DNA of 64,000 nucleotides, taken from the NCBI GenBank assembly GCA_905187695.1, contig CAJJIY010000002.1, positions 46 to 64,045 of the forward strand. Direction: 5' to 3'. The translations under genes and the position numbers were made by a program. The notes under the pieces are model-generated. The model searched no databases. It saw only the letters and a program-made list of their open reading frames with translations, and was not told where the DNA came from. This DNA is from an uncultured Eubacteriales bacterium (lineage in GTDB: Bacteria > Bacillota > Clostridia > Oscillospirales > CAG-272). This document shows, one piece after another, positions 7,860-19,303 of the stretch. The stretch's first letter is position 1. Every line of letters starts with the position of its first letter.

Positions 7860-8285
7860 CTACCTGATGCTTCCCTCGCCGCCCATGAGAGCGGTCATCT
7901 CCTCGATGCGCTCCAGCGGAAAAGGCGGCTGCGTCAACGGTTTCAGCGCAATGCTCATCAGTTTCATCGGATTGTCGTCTGCGGCCACCCGATTGGAACA
8001 AAGCGCGCCGCAACGCCGACAGCGATGAATCAGTGCCCATTCGCCGCCCCGACGCACCCAGACCGCCACCGGCTCCATAATACCGCCGCAATCGCTTGCG
8101 CGGTCGCCGGGCGTCACATCGACATGAAGACTGGAAAGGCAGTTCGGGCAATGGTTGCGGTGGTCGCTCCCGGCATTTTCCGGTGTGCAGAGCCGTCCGC
8201 AGACGCGGCAGGTGAAACTGTCGTGACAAGGGTGAGATTTATAGTAGTCTTTTTCAAATGTTTTCCGTTTGTTTTCTCGGTTCAT
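7860..8285 (-). CDS. RNHCP domain-containing protein (141 aa)
   Basis: Literal RNHCPNC motif plus several CxxC pairs (CRVCGRLC, CRRCG). Start moved to the ATG at 8285 (MNRENKRK), preceded by GGGAGGAAACAC. Confidence 0.8.
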   Translation of the reverse strand: MNRENKRKTFEKDYYKSHPCHDSFTCRVCGRLCTPENAGSDHRNHCPNCLSSLHVDVTPGDRASDCGGIMEPVAVWVRRGGEWALIHRCRRCGALCSNRVAADDNPMKLMSIALKPLTQPPFPLERIEEMTALMGGEGSIR

Positions 8286-8576
8286 GTGTTTCCTCCCAAA
8301 ATGTTCTGCATTTCCGGAAGGAATGGCGTGTGTGAATTTACCAGACCTCCCGGTCAGTGCACACACTCCGAATGATTCATTGCTGTTTTCAAAAAAACTC
8401 CTTTGAAATTGATTTTGGTTTTATCCGTCAGCCGCCCTCCCATTCCGCGCGGAAGTACGGTCTGATTTTCCTCTGAAACGGACGGAGGTTTTCAGGCCGT
8501 TCGTCCGGAACCGACTTTATCATAGGACAAAAAGCGATTTTATTCAAGCTTTTCCCGCAAAAACATGGATTTCCGG

Positions 8577-8604
8577 TTGACATCGGATTTTTTTGCGTTA
8601 TAAT
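8577..8604 (+). promoter_or_regulatory. Near-consensus sigma-A promoter of the YegP-like gene
   Basis: TTGACA (8577-8582), 16-nt spacer, TATAAT (8599-8604). Confidence 0.6.
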
Positions 8605-8638
8605 AAAATTGCCGAATATATATAAAGGAGGGTTTATT

Positions 8639-9046
8639 ATGGGGAAATTTGTCATCTACAAAACGGCGACGGGGTATAATTTTTCACTTTACGCCGCCAA
8701 TCAGGTCAAACTTTGCAACGCATCCGGCGTTTACAAAAGCAAAAATTCGGCCAAAGCGGTGCTGGACAGTATTTCGCGGGTGGCCGGCCGTTGTCTGGAG
8801 CAAAAGCGCATTGCCGATACCACGCTGCAGACGCCGAGCGAATCTCCCTGCCCCAAATTTGAACTGTATCTGGACAAAACGGGGCTTTACCGCTTCCGCC
8901 TGATCGCCGAAAACGGCGAAATGATTGCCATATGCGAAGAAGGCTATAAATCCAAACAAGGCGCGCAGAACGCCCTGCGCAGCATGGCCGAAAACGCGGC
9001 AAACTGCGAAATCGTAGACGAAACAACAGACAAAGGCGAAAAGTAA
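8639..9046 (+). CDS. YegP/UPF0339 (DUF1508) family protein with two repeats
   Basis: Two internal repeats of the type FxxYxxxxGxYxFxLxAxNGexIaxSegYxSKxxAxxxIxS. AAGGAGGG RBS, ATG at 8639. Confidence 0.8.
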   Translation: MGKFVIYKTATGYNFSLYAANQVKLCNASGVYKSKNSAKAVLDSISRVAGRCLEQKRIADTTLQTPSESPCPKFELYLDKTGLYRFRLIAENGEMIAICEEGYKSKQGAQNALRSMAENAANCEIVDETTDKGEK

Positions 9047-9070
9047 ACCCGTTTCGGGGGTAATTTGAGA

Positions 9071-9097
9071 GGCACCGGCAACCCGGTGCCTTTTTTT
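9071..9097 (+). terminator. Rho-independent terminator
   Basis: GGCACCGG (9071-9078) caac CCGGTGCC (9083-9090), followed by TTTTTTT. Confidence 0.85.
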
Positions 9098-9247
9098 AGT
9101 ATTTGCTTTCAAACAAAAAGCCGCCCAAAAATCCGGAAAAACGGGAATTCTCTCCTTTCGCGTTTTTTTGTGGGAATCTCTATAAAAGTATAGCATTTTT
9201 ATTAAAAGTATGTTATAATGAGATGAAAACAACCCGGAGGTGTGAAA

Positions 9248-9802
9248 ATGAAATATCTGATTGCTTCCGATCTGCACGGCAGTGCGCTTTACACGGAAGA
9301 AATGCTTTCGCTTTTTGACCGTTCCGGGGCGGACCGGCTGATTCTGCTGGGTGATCTGCTCTATCACGGCCCGCGCAACGACCTGCCCGATGGTTATGAC
9401 CCCAAGCGCGTGGCCGCCCTGCTTGCCGGGCGGAGCGAAAAAATTCTTTGCGTACGCGGCAACTGCGAAGCCGAGGTGGATCAGATGATGCTCCCCTTCC
9501 CGGTCATGGCCGAATATGCCTGGTTTACCGAGGGCGGCCGTCTCTTTTTCCTGACGCACGGCCACCGTTTCGGCCCGACCAACCGTCCCCCCCTCTCCCC
9601 CGGCGATGTGCTGGTCTGCGGACACACCCACATTCCGGCTTTTGAGGAAAACAAAGACGGATATTACCTCAATCCCGGCTCCGTCTCCATTCCGAAAGAC
9701 GGCAGCGTGCGCGGCGCCGTGCTTCTTTCCGGCGACCGGATCGCTTTTACCGATCTTTCCGGCCGAATCTGGCGCGAATGTACCCTTCCCCCAACGAAAT
9801 AA
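9248..9802 (+). CDS. YfcE/MJ0936-type metallophosphoesterase (phosphodiesterase)
   Basis: Calcineurin-like motifs SDLHG, GDLLYHGPRN, RGNCE, THGH, GHTH. GGAGG lies 7 nt before the ATG at 9248. Confidence 0.85.
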   Translation: MKYLIASDLHGSALYTEEMLSLFDRSGADRLILLGDLLYHGPRNDLPDGYDPKRVAALLAGRSEKILCVRGNCEAEVDQMMLPFPVMAEYAWFTEGGRLFFLTHGHRFGPTNRPPLSPGDVLVCGHTHIPAFEENKDGYYLNPGSVSIPKDGSVRGAVLLSGDRIAFTDLSGRIWRECTLPPTK

Positions 9803-9851
9803 CCCATATGGCATACCTTTTCCCCAAAAACTAAGACGAAGGAGTAAAACA

Positions 9852-10091
9852 ATGAAAGTCACAGTTTGCATCGGTTCCTCCTGTCATCTCAAAGGTTCCA
9901 GACAGGTGGTAAGCGGTCTCAAATCCCTCATTGAGCAAAGCGGCGTTTCCGACCGGGTTTTCCTTTGCGGCGCGTTTTGTCTCGGCAAATGCCAGGAAGG
10001 CGTATGCGTGGCGCTGGATGACCGCATCTGCTCCGTATCCCCGGACAGCGTGGAAGCGTTTTTCAGGGATGAAATCCTCAAAAATCTGTAA
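9852..10091 (+). CDS. Thioredoxin-like [2Fe-2S] ferredoxin (NuoE/HfsA-like), copy 1
   Basis: 79 aa with C-x4-C (CIGSSC) and C-x3-C (CGAFC). GGAG RBS. Confidence 0.75.
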   Translation: MKVTVCIGSSCHLKGSRQVVSGLKSLIEQSGVSDRVFLCGAFCLGKCQEGVCVALDDRICSVSPDSVEAFFRDEILKNL

Positions 10092-10100
10092 GGAGGCCGT

Positions 10101-10364
10101 ATGCTTTTCGTTGAAATCTGCGTGGGCAGTTCCTGCCACTTAAAGGGTGCTCCGGAGATCGTTTCGCTTTTTGAAAGCGAAATTGCCAAACGGCATCTGG
10201 AAACGGAGCTCATCCTGTCCGGCAGTTTCTGTACCGGACGCTGTAACCGGGAAGGCGTGACCGTGACGGTCGGTGATGAAATTTTCACCGGCGTGACGCC
10301 GACCACCTTCCCCGCCTTTTTTGCGGAAAAAGTATTGCCCGCCATGGAAAAAGCAAAGGAGTAA
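10101..10364 (+). CDS. Thioredoxin-like [2Fe-2S] ferredoxin (NuoE/HfsA-like), copy 2
   Basis: 87 aa paralog of the preceding ORF with CVGSSC and CTGRC. AAGGAGG RBS. Confidence 0.75.
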   Translation: MLFVEICVGSSCHLKGAPEIVSLFESEIAKRHLETELILSGSFCTGRCNREGVTVTVGDEIFTGVTPTTFPAFFAEKVLPAMEKAKE

Positions 10365-10367
10365 GTT

Positions 10368-12044
10368 GTGTCAAACTGTCTGACGCTGAAAAAATCAAAC
10401 TGCAAAAACTGCTATAAATGCATCCGGCACTGCCCGGTGAAATCCATCCGTTTTTCCGGCAACCAGGCGCACATTATCGGCAACGAATGCGTGCTGTGCG
10501 GCCAGTGTTTCGTCATCTGCCCGCAGAATGCCAAGGAAATTGTAGAAGAGCGGGAAAAGGTCAAGGTCATGATTGATTCCGGCGCGCCGGTTTTTGCAAG
10601 CCTTGCGCCTTCCTTCATTGCCAACTATGAAGGCGTGGGGATCCGCGGCATGACGGCGGCACTCCGGGCGCTGGGATTTGCCGGCGCGGAAGAAACCGCT
10701 GTGGGCGCAACACTAGTTAAAAAAGAATACGAACGCCTGCTCGCAGATGGAACACCCGACCTTCTGATCTCTTCCTGCTGTCATTCCGTCAACCTGCTCA
10801 TTCAGAAATATTTTCCAGCGGCCCTGCGTTATCTTTCGCCGGTGCTTTCTCCCATGCAGGCGCACGCCGCCGATCTTAAGCGCCGGCATCCCGATGCAAA
10901 GGTTGTTTTTATCGGCCCGTGCGTAGCCAAGAAGGACGAGGCCGAGCATTATGCGGGCTATGCCGACGCTGTGCTGACCTTTGAAGAACTGAGTGCGTGG
11001 CTCAAGGAAGCCGGCGTGACGCTCACGCCCGACCTTGACGATGCAGAAAAAAGCCGCGCGCGGCTCTTCCCTACTACAGGCGGTATCTTGCGCACCATGA
11101 CCGAAAAGAATCCCGATTATACTTATCTTGCCATTGACGGCGCAGAAAACTGCATGAGCGCTCTACGCGACATTTCCAGCGGCAAGCTTCACCGGTGCTT
11201 TATCGAAATGTCGATGTGTACGGGCAGCTGCATCGGTGGACCCGTCATGGAAAAAAGTCGCCGTCTGCCCGTCACCGATTTTGCGGCCGTGAGCCGCTAC
11301 GCCGGCGAAGAAGACTTTGACGTGGACCTGCCGGAAACCGGTGCGCTGGCAAAGGAATTTGAGCCTATTGAACTGCGGAACGGCATGCCCGGCGAAGCCG
11401 AAATTACCGAGGTACTCCGTAAAATGGGCAAAAACAAGCCGGAGGATGAACTCAACTGCGGCTCCTGCGGCTATAACACCTGCCGGGAAAAAGCGATTGC
11501 CATTTGCCATGGAAAGGCCGAAATCTCCATGTGCCTGCCTTTCCTCAAGGAAAAAGCCGAAAGTTTTTCGGACTGTATCGTCGGCAACACCCCCAACGGC
11601 ATCGTCGTGGTCAACGAAGCCATGGAGGTTCAGCAGATCAACAACGCGGCTTTGCGGATGATGAACATCCGTTCTGCTTCGGATCTGCTGGGAGATCAAC
11701 TCAATCGTGTGCTGGATCCCGCGCCCTTCCTTGAAGTACTCAGGAGCGGTCGAAGCATCCACAACCGCCGTACTTATCTGGCCGAATACAAACGCTATGT
11801 GGAGGAAACCGTGGTCTTTGACCAGACCTGCCGTTTGTTGGTGGCCATTATGCGGGACGTAACCGACGAGGAAAGCGAACGCGAAAAGAAAGAAAGCCTC
11901 AACCGCCAAACCATAGAGGTGGCCGACCGCGTGGTAGACAAGCAAATGCGGATTGTCCAGGAAATTGCCTCCCTGCTGGGTGAGACTGCGGCCGAAACAA
12001 AAATCGCACTGACCAAACTCAAGGAGAGTATTTCGGATGAATGA
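10368..12044 (+). CDS. hydS: Sensory-type [FeFe] hydrogenase-like protein with a C-terminal PAS domain (HydS/HfsB-like, group C)
   Basis: Two N-terminal 4Fe-4S motifs (CKNCYKCIRHCP, CVLCGQCFVICP). H-cluster-type motifs SSCCHS, GPCVAKKDE, MCTGSCIGGP. Extra Cys cluster CGSCGYNTC...C...C. PAS-like tail (GIVVVNEAMEVQQINNAALRMM). GTG start. Confidence 0.8.
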   Translation: MSNCLTLKKSNCKNCYKCIRHCPVKSIRFSGNQAHIIGNECVLCGQCFVICPQNAKEIVEEREKVKVMIDSGAPVFASLAPSFIANYEGVGIRGMTAALRALGFAGAEETAVGATLVKKEYERLLADGTPDLLISSCCHSVNLLIQKYFPAALRYLSPVLSPMQAHAADLKRRHPDAKVVFIGPCVAKKDEAEHYAGYADAVLTFEELSAWLKEAGVTLTPDLDDAEKSRARLFPTTGGILRTMTEKNPDYTYLAIDGAENCMSALRDISSGKLHRCFIEMSMCTGSCIGGPVMEKSRRLPVTDFAAVSRYAGEEDFDVDLPETGALAKEFEPIELRNGMPGEAEITEVLRKMGKNKPEDELNCGSCGYNTCREKAIAICHGKAEISMCLPFLKEKAESFSDCIVGNTPNGIVVVNEAMEVQQINNAALRMMNIRSASDLLGDQLNRVLDPAPFLEVLRSGRSIHNRRTYLAEYKRYVEETVVFDQTCRLLVAIMRDVTDEESEREKKESLNRQTIEVADRVVDKQMRIVQEIASLLGETAAETKIALTKLKESISDE

Positions 12045-13209
12045 CCTTTGCCCCGATATCGGATACAGAAGCATCAACCATGCGGGCGAACAACTCTGCG
12101 GAGACCATGTAGATATAGTGGAAGAGGGAGAAAACTCGCTGGTTGTGGTGCTGGCAGACGGACTGGGAAGCGGTGTAAAAGCCAGCATTCTCTCGACGCT
12201 CACCGCCAAAATCATTTCCACCATGATGGCTGACGGACTGACCCTGGCCGACTGTGTGGAAACCATTGCCAAAACCTTGCCCATCTGCTCGGTTCGCGGA
12301 GTGGCCTATTCCACTTTTACCATTCTGCATTTGGTGAACAACCGGGAAATGCAGCTGATTCAGTATGACAATCCCCCAACCATTCTTTTCAGAGGCGGAA
12401 AAAACTATGACTACCCGAAAACCGAGATACGGATTGACGGAAAAATTATCTATCAATCGGTGATCCCGCTTCAGGAAGGTGACATTTTCGTGGCCATGAG
12501 CGACGGTTGTCCCCACGCGGGAATCGGCACAGCCTATAACTTCGGCTGGAAGCAGGAAGAGATCGTTTCTTTTTTGGAGCCACTCTCCTGCGTTGGCTAT
12601 ACGGCCAAAACCCTCTCGACCATTCTCATTGACGAGGTGAACCGTCTGTACGGCGGTGCGCCGGGCGATGATGCCACCGCCTGCGTGTTGCGTGTGCGCA
12701 AACGCGAGCCGATGAATCTGCTTTTCGGGCCGCCCGCCAACCGGGACGACGCCGGGCGGATGATGTCGCTCTTTTTTTCGCGGGAAGGCAAACATATCGT
12801 ATGCGGCGGTACGACCGCCGGTATCGCGGCGGCCTACCTCGGAAAAACCGTAAAGGCCAGCCTCTCTTACGGCGGAAGCGATCTGCCCCCCACCGCCGAG
12901 ATCGAAGGGGTCGATCTGGTGACCGAGGGCGTAATCACCATGAACCGCGTGGTGGAATACGCGCGCGACGCCATCGGAGACAACAAGCTATATGAAAAAT
13001 GGGGGGTTGCGCATGACGGTGCCTCCAAGATCTGCCGATTGCTCTTTGAAGAGGCCACCGACATCAATTTTTACGTAGGAAGAGCCGTTAACCCGGCGCA
13101 TCAAAACCCAGATCTGCCGATTAACTTCAACATTAAAATGAATCTCGTCAAAGAACTTTCCGAGTGCCTGCGGAAGATGGGAAAAAAAGTAAAGATCAGT
13201 TATTTCTGA
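12037..13209 (+). CDS. SpoIIE/PP2C-family serine phosphatase (HfsC-like)
   Basis: GDHVDIV...VVVLADGLGSGVKASILS...GDDATACVLRV. The ATG overlaps the hydS stop by 8 nt. Confidence 0.8.
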   Translation: MNDLCPDIGYRSINHAGEQLCGDHVDIVEEGENSLVVVLADGLGSGVKASILSTLTAKIISTMMADGLTLADCVETIAKTLPICSVRGVAYSTFTILHLVNNREMQLIQYDNPPTILFRGGKNYDYPKTEIRIDGKIIYQSVIPLQEGDIFVAMSDGCPHAGIGTAYNFGWKQEEIVSFLEPLSCVGYTAKTLSTILIDEVNRLYGGAPGDDATACVLRVRKREPMNLLFGPPANRDDAGRMMSLFFSREGKHIVCGGTTAGIAAAYLGKTVKASLSYGGSDLPPTAEIEGVDLVTEGVITMNRVVEYARDAIGDNKLYEKWGVAHDGASKICRLLFEEATDINFYVGRAVNPAHQNPDLPINFNIKMNLVKELSECLRKMGKKVKISYF

Positions 13210-13219
13210 AGGAGAACCC

Positions 13220-14632
13220 ATGAGAAAATTCGATACCAAAGTCCAACATCTCAAATACAAAGTCCTGCGTGAGGTGGCAAGGGATGCCTTTGCCGACCGT
13301 CTGCCCGAAAGCGCCATTGACATTCCCATGACCATTGTTCCCGGAAAAGTGCCGACCATGCGTTGCTGTGTTTATAAAGAACGGGCGATCGTCACCGAGC
13401 GTGTCAAGCTGGCGATGAGCCGGGAAAATACGGACGGACACGTGATCGAGGTTATTGATATTGCCTGCGACGAATGTCCGATGGGCGGCTATGAGGTGAC
13501 CAACGCCTGCCGCGGCTGTCTGGCACACCGCTGTGAGGATGTCTGTCGCTTCGGTGCCATCTCCTTTGACCAGAACCATGTGGCGCACATTGATAAATCC
13601 AAGTGCAAGGAGTGCGGCGCGTGCTCCAAGGTCTGCCCCTATAGCGCCATCCACAATTACAAGCGCCCCTGCGAAACAGCCTGCAAGGTGAAGGCCATTT
13701 CCATGGGCGAGGACAAAGAAGCCCGCATTGATTACAACAAATGTATCTCTTGCGGCGCGTGTGTTTATCAGTGTCCTTTCGGCGCAATCACCGACCGCTC
13801 CTACATTCTCCATGTGATCGACATTCTCAAAAACGCAAAAAAAGCCAAAGCCTATGCCATTGTCGCCCCCTCCATTTCCAGTCAGTTTACCTATGCCAAA
13901 TTAGGGCAGGTTGTGACCGGGCTGCGCGAGCTTGGCTTCCATACAGTAGTGGAGGCGGCGCTGGGTGCGGATATGGTGGCGCAGGCAGAATCCAAGGAAT
14001 TGGCCGAAAAAGGCTTTCTCACCAGCTCCTGCTGTCCGGCTTTCGTGGACTACATCGGCAAAAATTTCCCGGATTTAGTTCCTTTTATCTCACATAACCT
14101 TTCCCCGATGGCCATGATTGCCCGCTACATAAAGGAAAAAGAACCTGATTGCAAAACCGTCTTTATCGGCCCCTGCACAGCCAAAAAAGCCGAGGTGCAA
14201 AAAGAGAGCGTGACTCCCTTTGTGGACGCGGCTATGACCTTTGAGGAATTGCAGGCGCTCTTTGACAGCCGGGACATTGACATTACCGCGCTCCCGGAGG
14301 GCGTGCTGGACAACGCCTCTTATTTCGGGCGGATCTTTGCCCGGTGCGGCGGACTTTCGGACGCAGTGGCCGAAGGTCTGAAGGAACAAGGCATTGACTT
14401 CCCGCTGAAAGCCTGCTCCTGTGACGGCATTGAACAATGCAAGATGGCGCTTCTTCAAAAGAGCAAGGGCCGGCTGGACGCCAACTTTATTGAAGGCATG
14501 GCCTGCGTGGGCGGCTGTATCGGCGGAGCGGGGTGCCTGACGCACGGCGAAAAGAACCGCGCCGAAGTGGATAAATACGGAAAAGAAGCACTGGAAAAGA
14601 CGATTAAGGACGCCGTTTCCATGCTGCACTGA
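13220..14632 (+). CDS. [FeFe] hydrogenase, group B-type (HfsD/HydA2-like), with N-terminal Fe-S cluster domains
   Basis: Ferredoxin motifs CKECGACSKVCP and CISCGACVYQCP. Canonical H-cluster motifs TSSCCP, GPCTAKKAE, MACVGGCIGG. Confidence 0.85.
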   Translation: MRKFDTKVQHLKYKVLREVARDAFADRLPESAIDIPMTIVPGKVPTMRCCVYKERAIVTERVKLAMSRENTDGHVIEVIDIACDECPMGGYEVTNACRGCLAHRCEDVCRFGAISFDQNHVAHIDKSKCKECGACSKVCPYSAIHNYKRPCETACKVKAISMGEDKEARIDYNKCISCGACVYQCPFGAITDRSYILHVIDILKNAKKAKAYAIVAPSISSQFTYAKLGQVVTGLRELGFHTVVEAALGADMVAQAESKELAEKGFLTSSCCPAFVDYIGKNFPDLVPFISHNLSPMAMIARYIKEKEPDCKTVFIGPCTAKKAEVQKESVTPFVDAAMTFEELQALFDSRDIDITALPEGVLDNASYFGRIFARCGGLSDAVAEGLKEQGIDFPLKACSCDGIEQCKMALLQKSKGRLDANFIEGMACVGGCIGGAGCLTHGEKNRAEVDKYGKEALEKTIKDAVSMLH

Positions 14633-14645
14633 TACCCTACAGAAA

Positions 14646-14680
14646 GAAAAACACGGAACATTTTCGTTCCGTGTTTTTTC
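14646..14680. terminator. Bidirectional terminator between the convergent hydrogenase and prmA genes
   Basis: ACACGGAAC (14651-14659) attttc GTTCCGTGT (14666-14674), flanked by A5 and T5 runs. Confidence 0.8.
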
Positions 14681-14682
14681 AT

Positions 14683-15606
14683 TTACCGGGTCACGACCAA
14701 CGCGCACCAGCCGTTGTCGTCCCGGCGTTCTTTGATTCGCAGTCCCGCGTCGGCAAGTGTCTTGGCCACTTCCTCCGCCCGCTCGGTAATGATGCCGGAA
14801 GCCAGCAGAATACCGCCTTCTTTTAAGTAACGGCCGACATCGGGTGCCATGCGGATGATGATATCCGCCACAATATTGGCACAGATCAGGTCAAACGGGC
14901 CCTCGGCAAGGCTGACATCCCTTAACAGATCGGAAACGGCACAGGTAATGTTCCGCTCGCCGCTCTCTTCAATATTTTCGCGTGCCACGCGCACGGCCAT
15001 CGGGTCAATGTCATAGGCCGCGACCGTTGCAGCGCCCAGTTTTGCGGCGCAGATGGAAAGAATGCCGCTTCCGCACCCGACATCCAACACCCGGTCGCCG
15101 GGACGGAGATTCTCCTCCAGAAGGCGGATGACCAGGCGGGTGGTTTCATGCGTGCCCGTCCCGAAGGCCATGCCGGGATCCATGCGGACGATGAGCTCGC
15201 CTTCCTTGGGGGTATATTCTTCCCACGCAGGCACAATGACAATCTTATGGCCGATGTGCAGCGTTTTGTAATAGGCTTTCCAGGAGTTGGCCCAGTCCTC
15301 TTCCCTGACGCCGCCCAGCGTGATTTCGCCGTTTATGCCGGACGCATTCATCCGCTCCCGGATAAAGGAAACCGTATCGTTGCAGGGTCTGTCCTCCGGC
15401 AGAAAAAGCGAAACAGAGACCTTGGTCTTGTCGGCGTTGAGAATACTTTCGTCGATGAGGTCGCCATAACAGGTGGAAAGGTCGATGTCGCTCATATCCT
15501 CAATCATGAGATTGTTGCTTTGCATACTCATGATGGCAATAAGGTCGTCCCGATCTTCCAGGGGTACCGTCACCTTCACCTGCGTCCATTTGCCTTCGTA
15601 TTCCAT
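14683..15606 (-). CDS. prmA: Ribosomal protein L11 methyltransferase
   Basis: PrmA-length protein with SAM motif LDVGCGSGILS and the conserved GTGxHxTT block. Sits downstream of dnaJ, as is usual. Confidence 0.9.
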   Translation of the reverse strand: MEYEGKWTQVKVTVPLEDRDDLIAIMSMQSNNLMIEDMSDIDLSTCYGDLIDESILNADKTKVSVSLFLPEDRPCNDTVSFIRERMNASGINGEITLGGVREEDWANSWKAYYKTLHIGHKIVIVPAWEEYTPKEGELIVRMDPGMAFGTGTHETTRLVIRLLEENLRPGDRVLDVGCGSGILSICAAKLGAATVAAYDIDPMAVRVARENIEESGERNITCAVSDLLRDVSLAEGPFDLICANIVADIIIRMAPDVGRYLKEGGILLASGIITERAEEVAKTLADAGLRIKERRDDNGWCALVVTR

Positions 15607-15609
15607 GCG

Positions 15610-16752
15610 TTACTCCTTCTTGCGTTTTTCAAAAATCCGCTTGAAAAAGCCGGATTTGCGGGCATAGTTTCCTTCGCCGCAATCATCGGCAAACGCACGC
15701 ACCTCGGCCTTTTGCTTTTCCGAGAGGCCGCGCGGGATCTCCACATTCACCTGAAAGATGAGATCGCCCCGGCGCGAGGAATTGACATACGGAATACCTT
15801 TGCCGCGCAGGGTAAAGCGCGTGCCGGGCTGCGTCCCTTCCGGAATTTTATATTTGACATTTCCCTCCAGCGTGGGAATTTCGATCTCGGCGCCCAAAAT
15901 GGCGTCGGTCACAGGCAGGGGAACCTCACAGAAAATGTTGTAACCGTCCCGCTCGAAAATGGCATGGGGTTTGACCGACACCTGCAATATGAGATCGCCG
16001 GCCGGGCCGCCGTTGAGGCCATCGTTTCCCTGACCGCGCAGCGCAATGCGCTCGCCGTCGTCAATACCGGCAGGTATGGAGACCTCCAGTTTTTTGGTCA
16101 CGCGGATAAATCCGGTTCCCCGGCAGTTCGGGCAGGGATTGCGGATAATCTTTCCTTTTCCGCGGCAGTTGTCACAGGTGGTGGTGCTCTGAAACTGCAT
16201 GCCACCCAGCCGCTGAACCACCCGCATCTGCCCGGAACCGTGGCATTTGGGACAGGTTTCGGCTGTGCTGCCCTTGGCCGCGCCGGAACCGCCGCAATCC
16301 GGACAACGGCCGACACGGTTATAGCTGATCTCCTTCTTTACGCCGAAAGCGGCCTCTTCAAAGGTGATGCTGACCCGTGCGCCGATATCGTCTCCGCGCA
16401 TCGGGCCGTTACGCCGCGCCGAAGAAGAACCGCCGAATCCGCCGCCGAAGAAGGAACTGAAAATATCTCCGAAATCGCCAAAGCCGCCAAAACCTGCGCC
16501 GCCCGCACCGCCGCCGGCGGCCGGATCAAAGGCCGCATGACCGTATTGGTCATATTTGGCGCGTTTGTCGCTGTCCGAAAGGACATCATAGGCCTCGTTG
16601 ACCTCTTTGAATTTCATCTCGGCTTCTTTGTCGCCGGGATTCATATCGGGGTGATACTTCTTTGCCAACGAACGATAGGCTTTTTTGATCGTTGCTTCAT
16701 CGGCATTTTTTTCGACACCCAATACCTCGTAATAGTCTTTTTTATCTGCCAT
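15610..16752 (-). CDS. dnaJ: Molecular chaperone DnaJ
   Basis: J-domain with HPD, G/F-rich linker, four CxxCxGxG repeats ([32 protein letters not shown]). Confidence 0.97.
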   Translation of the reverse strand: MADKKDYYEVLGVEKNADEATIKKAYRSLAKKYHPDMNPGDKEAEMKFKEVNEAYDVLSDSDKRAKYDQYGHAAFDPAAGGGAGGAGFGGFGDFGDIFSSFFGGGFGGSSSARRNGPMRGDDIGARVSITFEEAAFGVKKEISYNRVGRCPDCGGSGAAKGSTAETCPKCHGSGQMRVVQRLGGMQFQSTTTCDNCRGKGKIIRNPCPNCRGTGFIRVTKKLEVSIPAGIDDGERIALRGQGNDGLNGGPAGDLILQVSVKPHAIFERDGYNIFCEVPLPVTDAILGAEIEIPTLEGNVKYKIPEGTQPGTRFTLRGKGIPYVNSSRRGDLIFQVNVEIPRGLSEKQKAEVRAFADDCGEGNYARKSGFFKRIFEKRKKE

Positions 16753-16858
16753 GGTTGCTCCTTGCTTTTATGCATTTGAAAGGAGGAAGGGGGCGGCCGT
16801 CTCCGACATCCCCCTTTTTGCCTGACCGACCGGCGAAGCCGCACGGCCGCGCGGCCTC

Positions 16859-18700
<1,842 letters not shown>

Positions 18701-18745
18701 AACTGTTTCCTCCAAAAAGAACTCTTTATCTGAATTTTTGAATTT

Positions 18746-19303
18746 TTAATTTGCCACTTTGACCATGGCGTACCGGAGTACCCGGTCGCCGCGTTTATAA
18801 CCTGCCTGAAGCACCTCGACAATCTCGCCCTCGCCCTTGGTTTCATCCTCTACATGGAGAACGGCGTTGTGAAGGTTGGGATCGAAAGTTTCGCCGACTT
18901 TTCCGACCGGAACCACCCCCAGTTTTGCGAGGGTGTCGTTGACGCTCTGAAGCGTCATGGCAACGCCTTTGGCGACTTCTTCACCGCCCGTGTACTGTGC
19001 CGCCCGTGTGAGATTATCCACCACCGGGAAAAGCGCCTTCAGTGCATCGGCATAGGCATCATTGTAAATGTTGTCCCGCTCGCGCGCGGTGCGCTTGCGG
19101 AAGTTGTCATATTCGGCATAAAGCCGCACATACTGATCGTTTTTTTCGTCCAGTTTTTTCTGAAGCTCTTCCAGCTCCTTTCTGGCCACAGCCAGTTCCC
19201 TTTTTTCTTTTCCCCCGTCCTTCGGGTGCTTTTTAGGTTCGCCCTCGGTTTTTTCTTTTTCGGTCGTATCCTCTTTTTCGGGGCATTTTTCTTCATCCGT
19301 CAT
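18746..19303 (-). CDS. grpE: Nucleotide exchange factor GrpE
   Basis: Conserved GrpE core (YLRLxAEYDNFRKRTxRE ... FDPNLHxAV). The start is uncertain (19303, 19312 or 19339). 19303 was chosen for RBS spacing and minimal overlap with hrcA. Confidence 0.9.
   Translation of the reverse strand: MTDEEKCPEKEDTTEKEKTEGEPKKHPKDGGKEKRELAVARKELEELQKKLDEKNDQYVRLYAEYDNFRKRTARERDNIYNDAYADALKALFPVVDNLTRAAQYTGGEEVAKGVAMTLQSVNDTLAKLGVVPVGKVGETFDPNLHNAVLHVEDETKGEGEIVEVLQAGYKRGDRVLRYAMVKVAN

Noticed and set aside
8684-9871. 395-aa ORF on the minus strand
   Set aside because: It overlaps the YegP-like and YfcE-like genes and the strong terminator at 9071-9097 between them. No family features, so it is a GC-rich shadow ORF.
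15148-16779. 543-aa ORF on the plus strand
   Set aside because: Antisense shadow spanning prmA and dnaJ. No recognisable domain.
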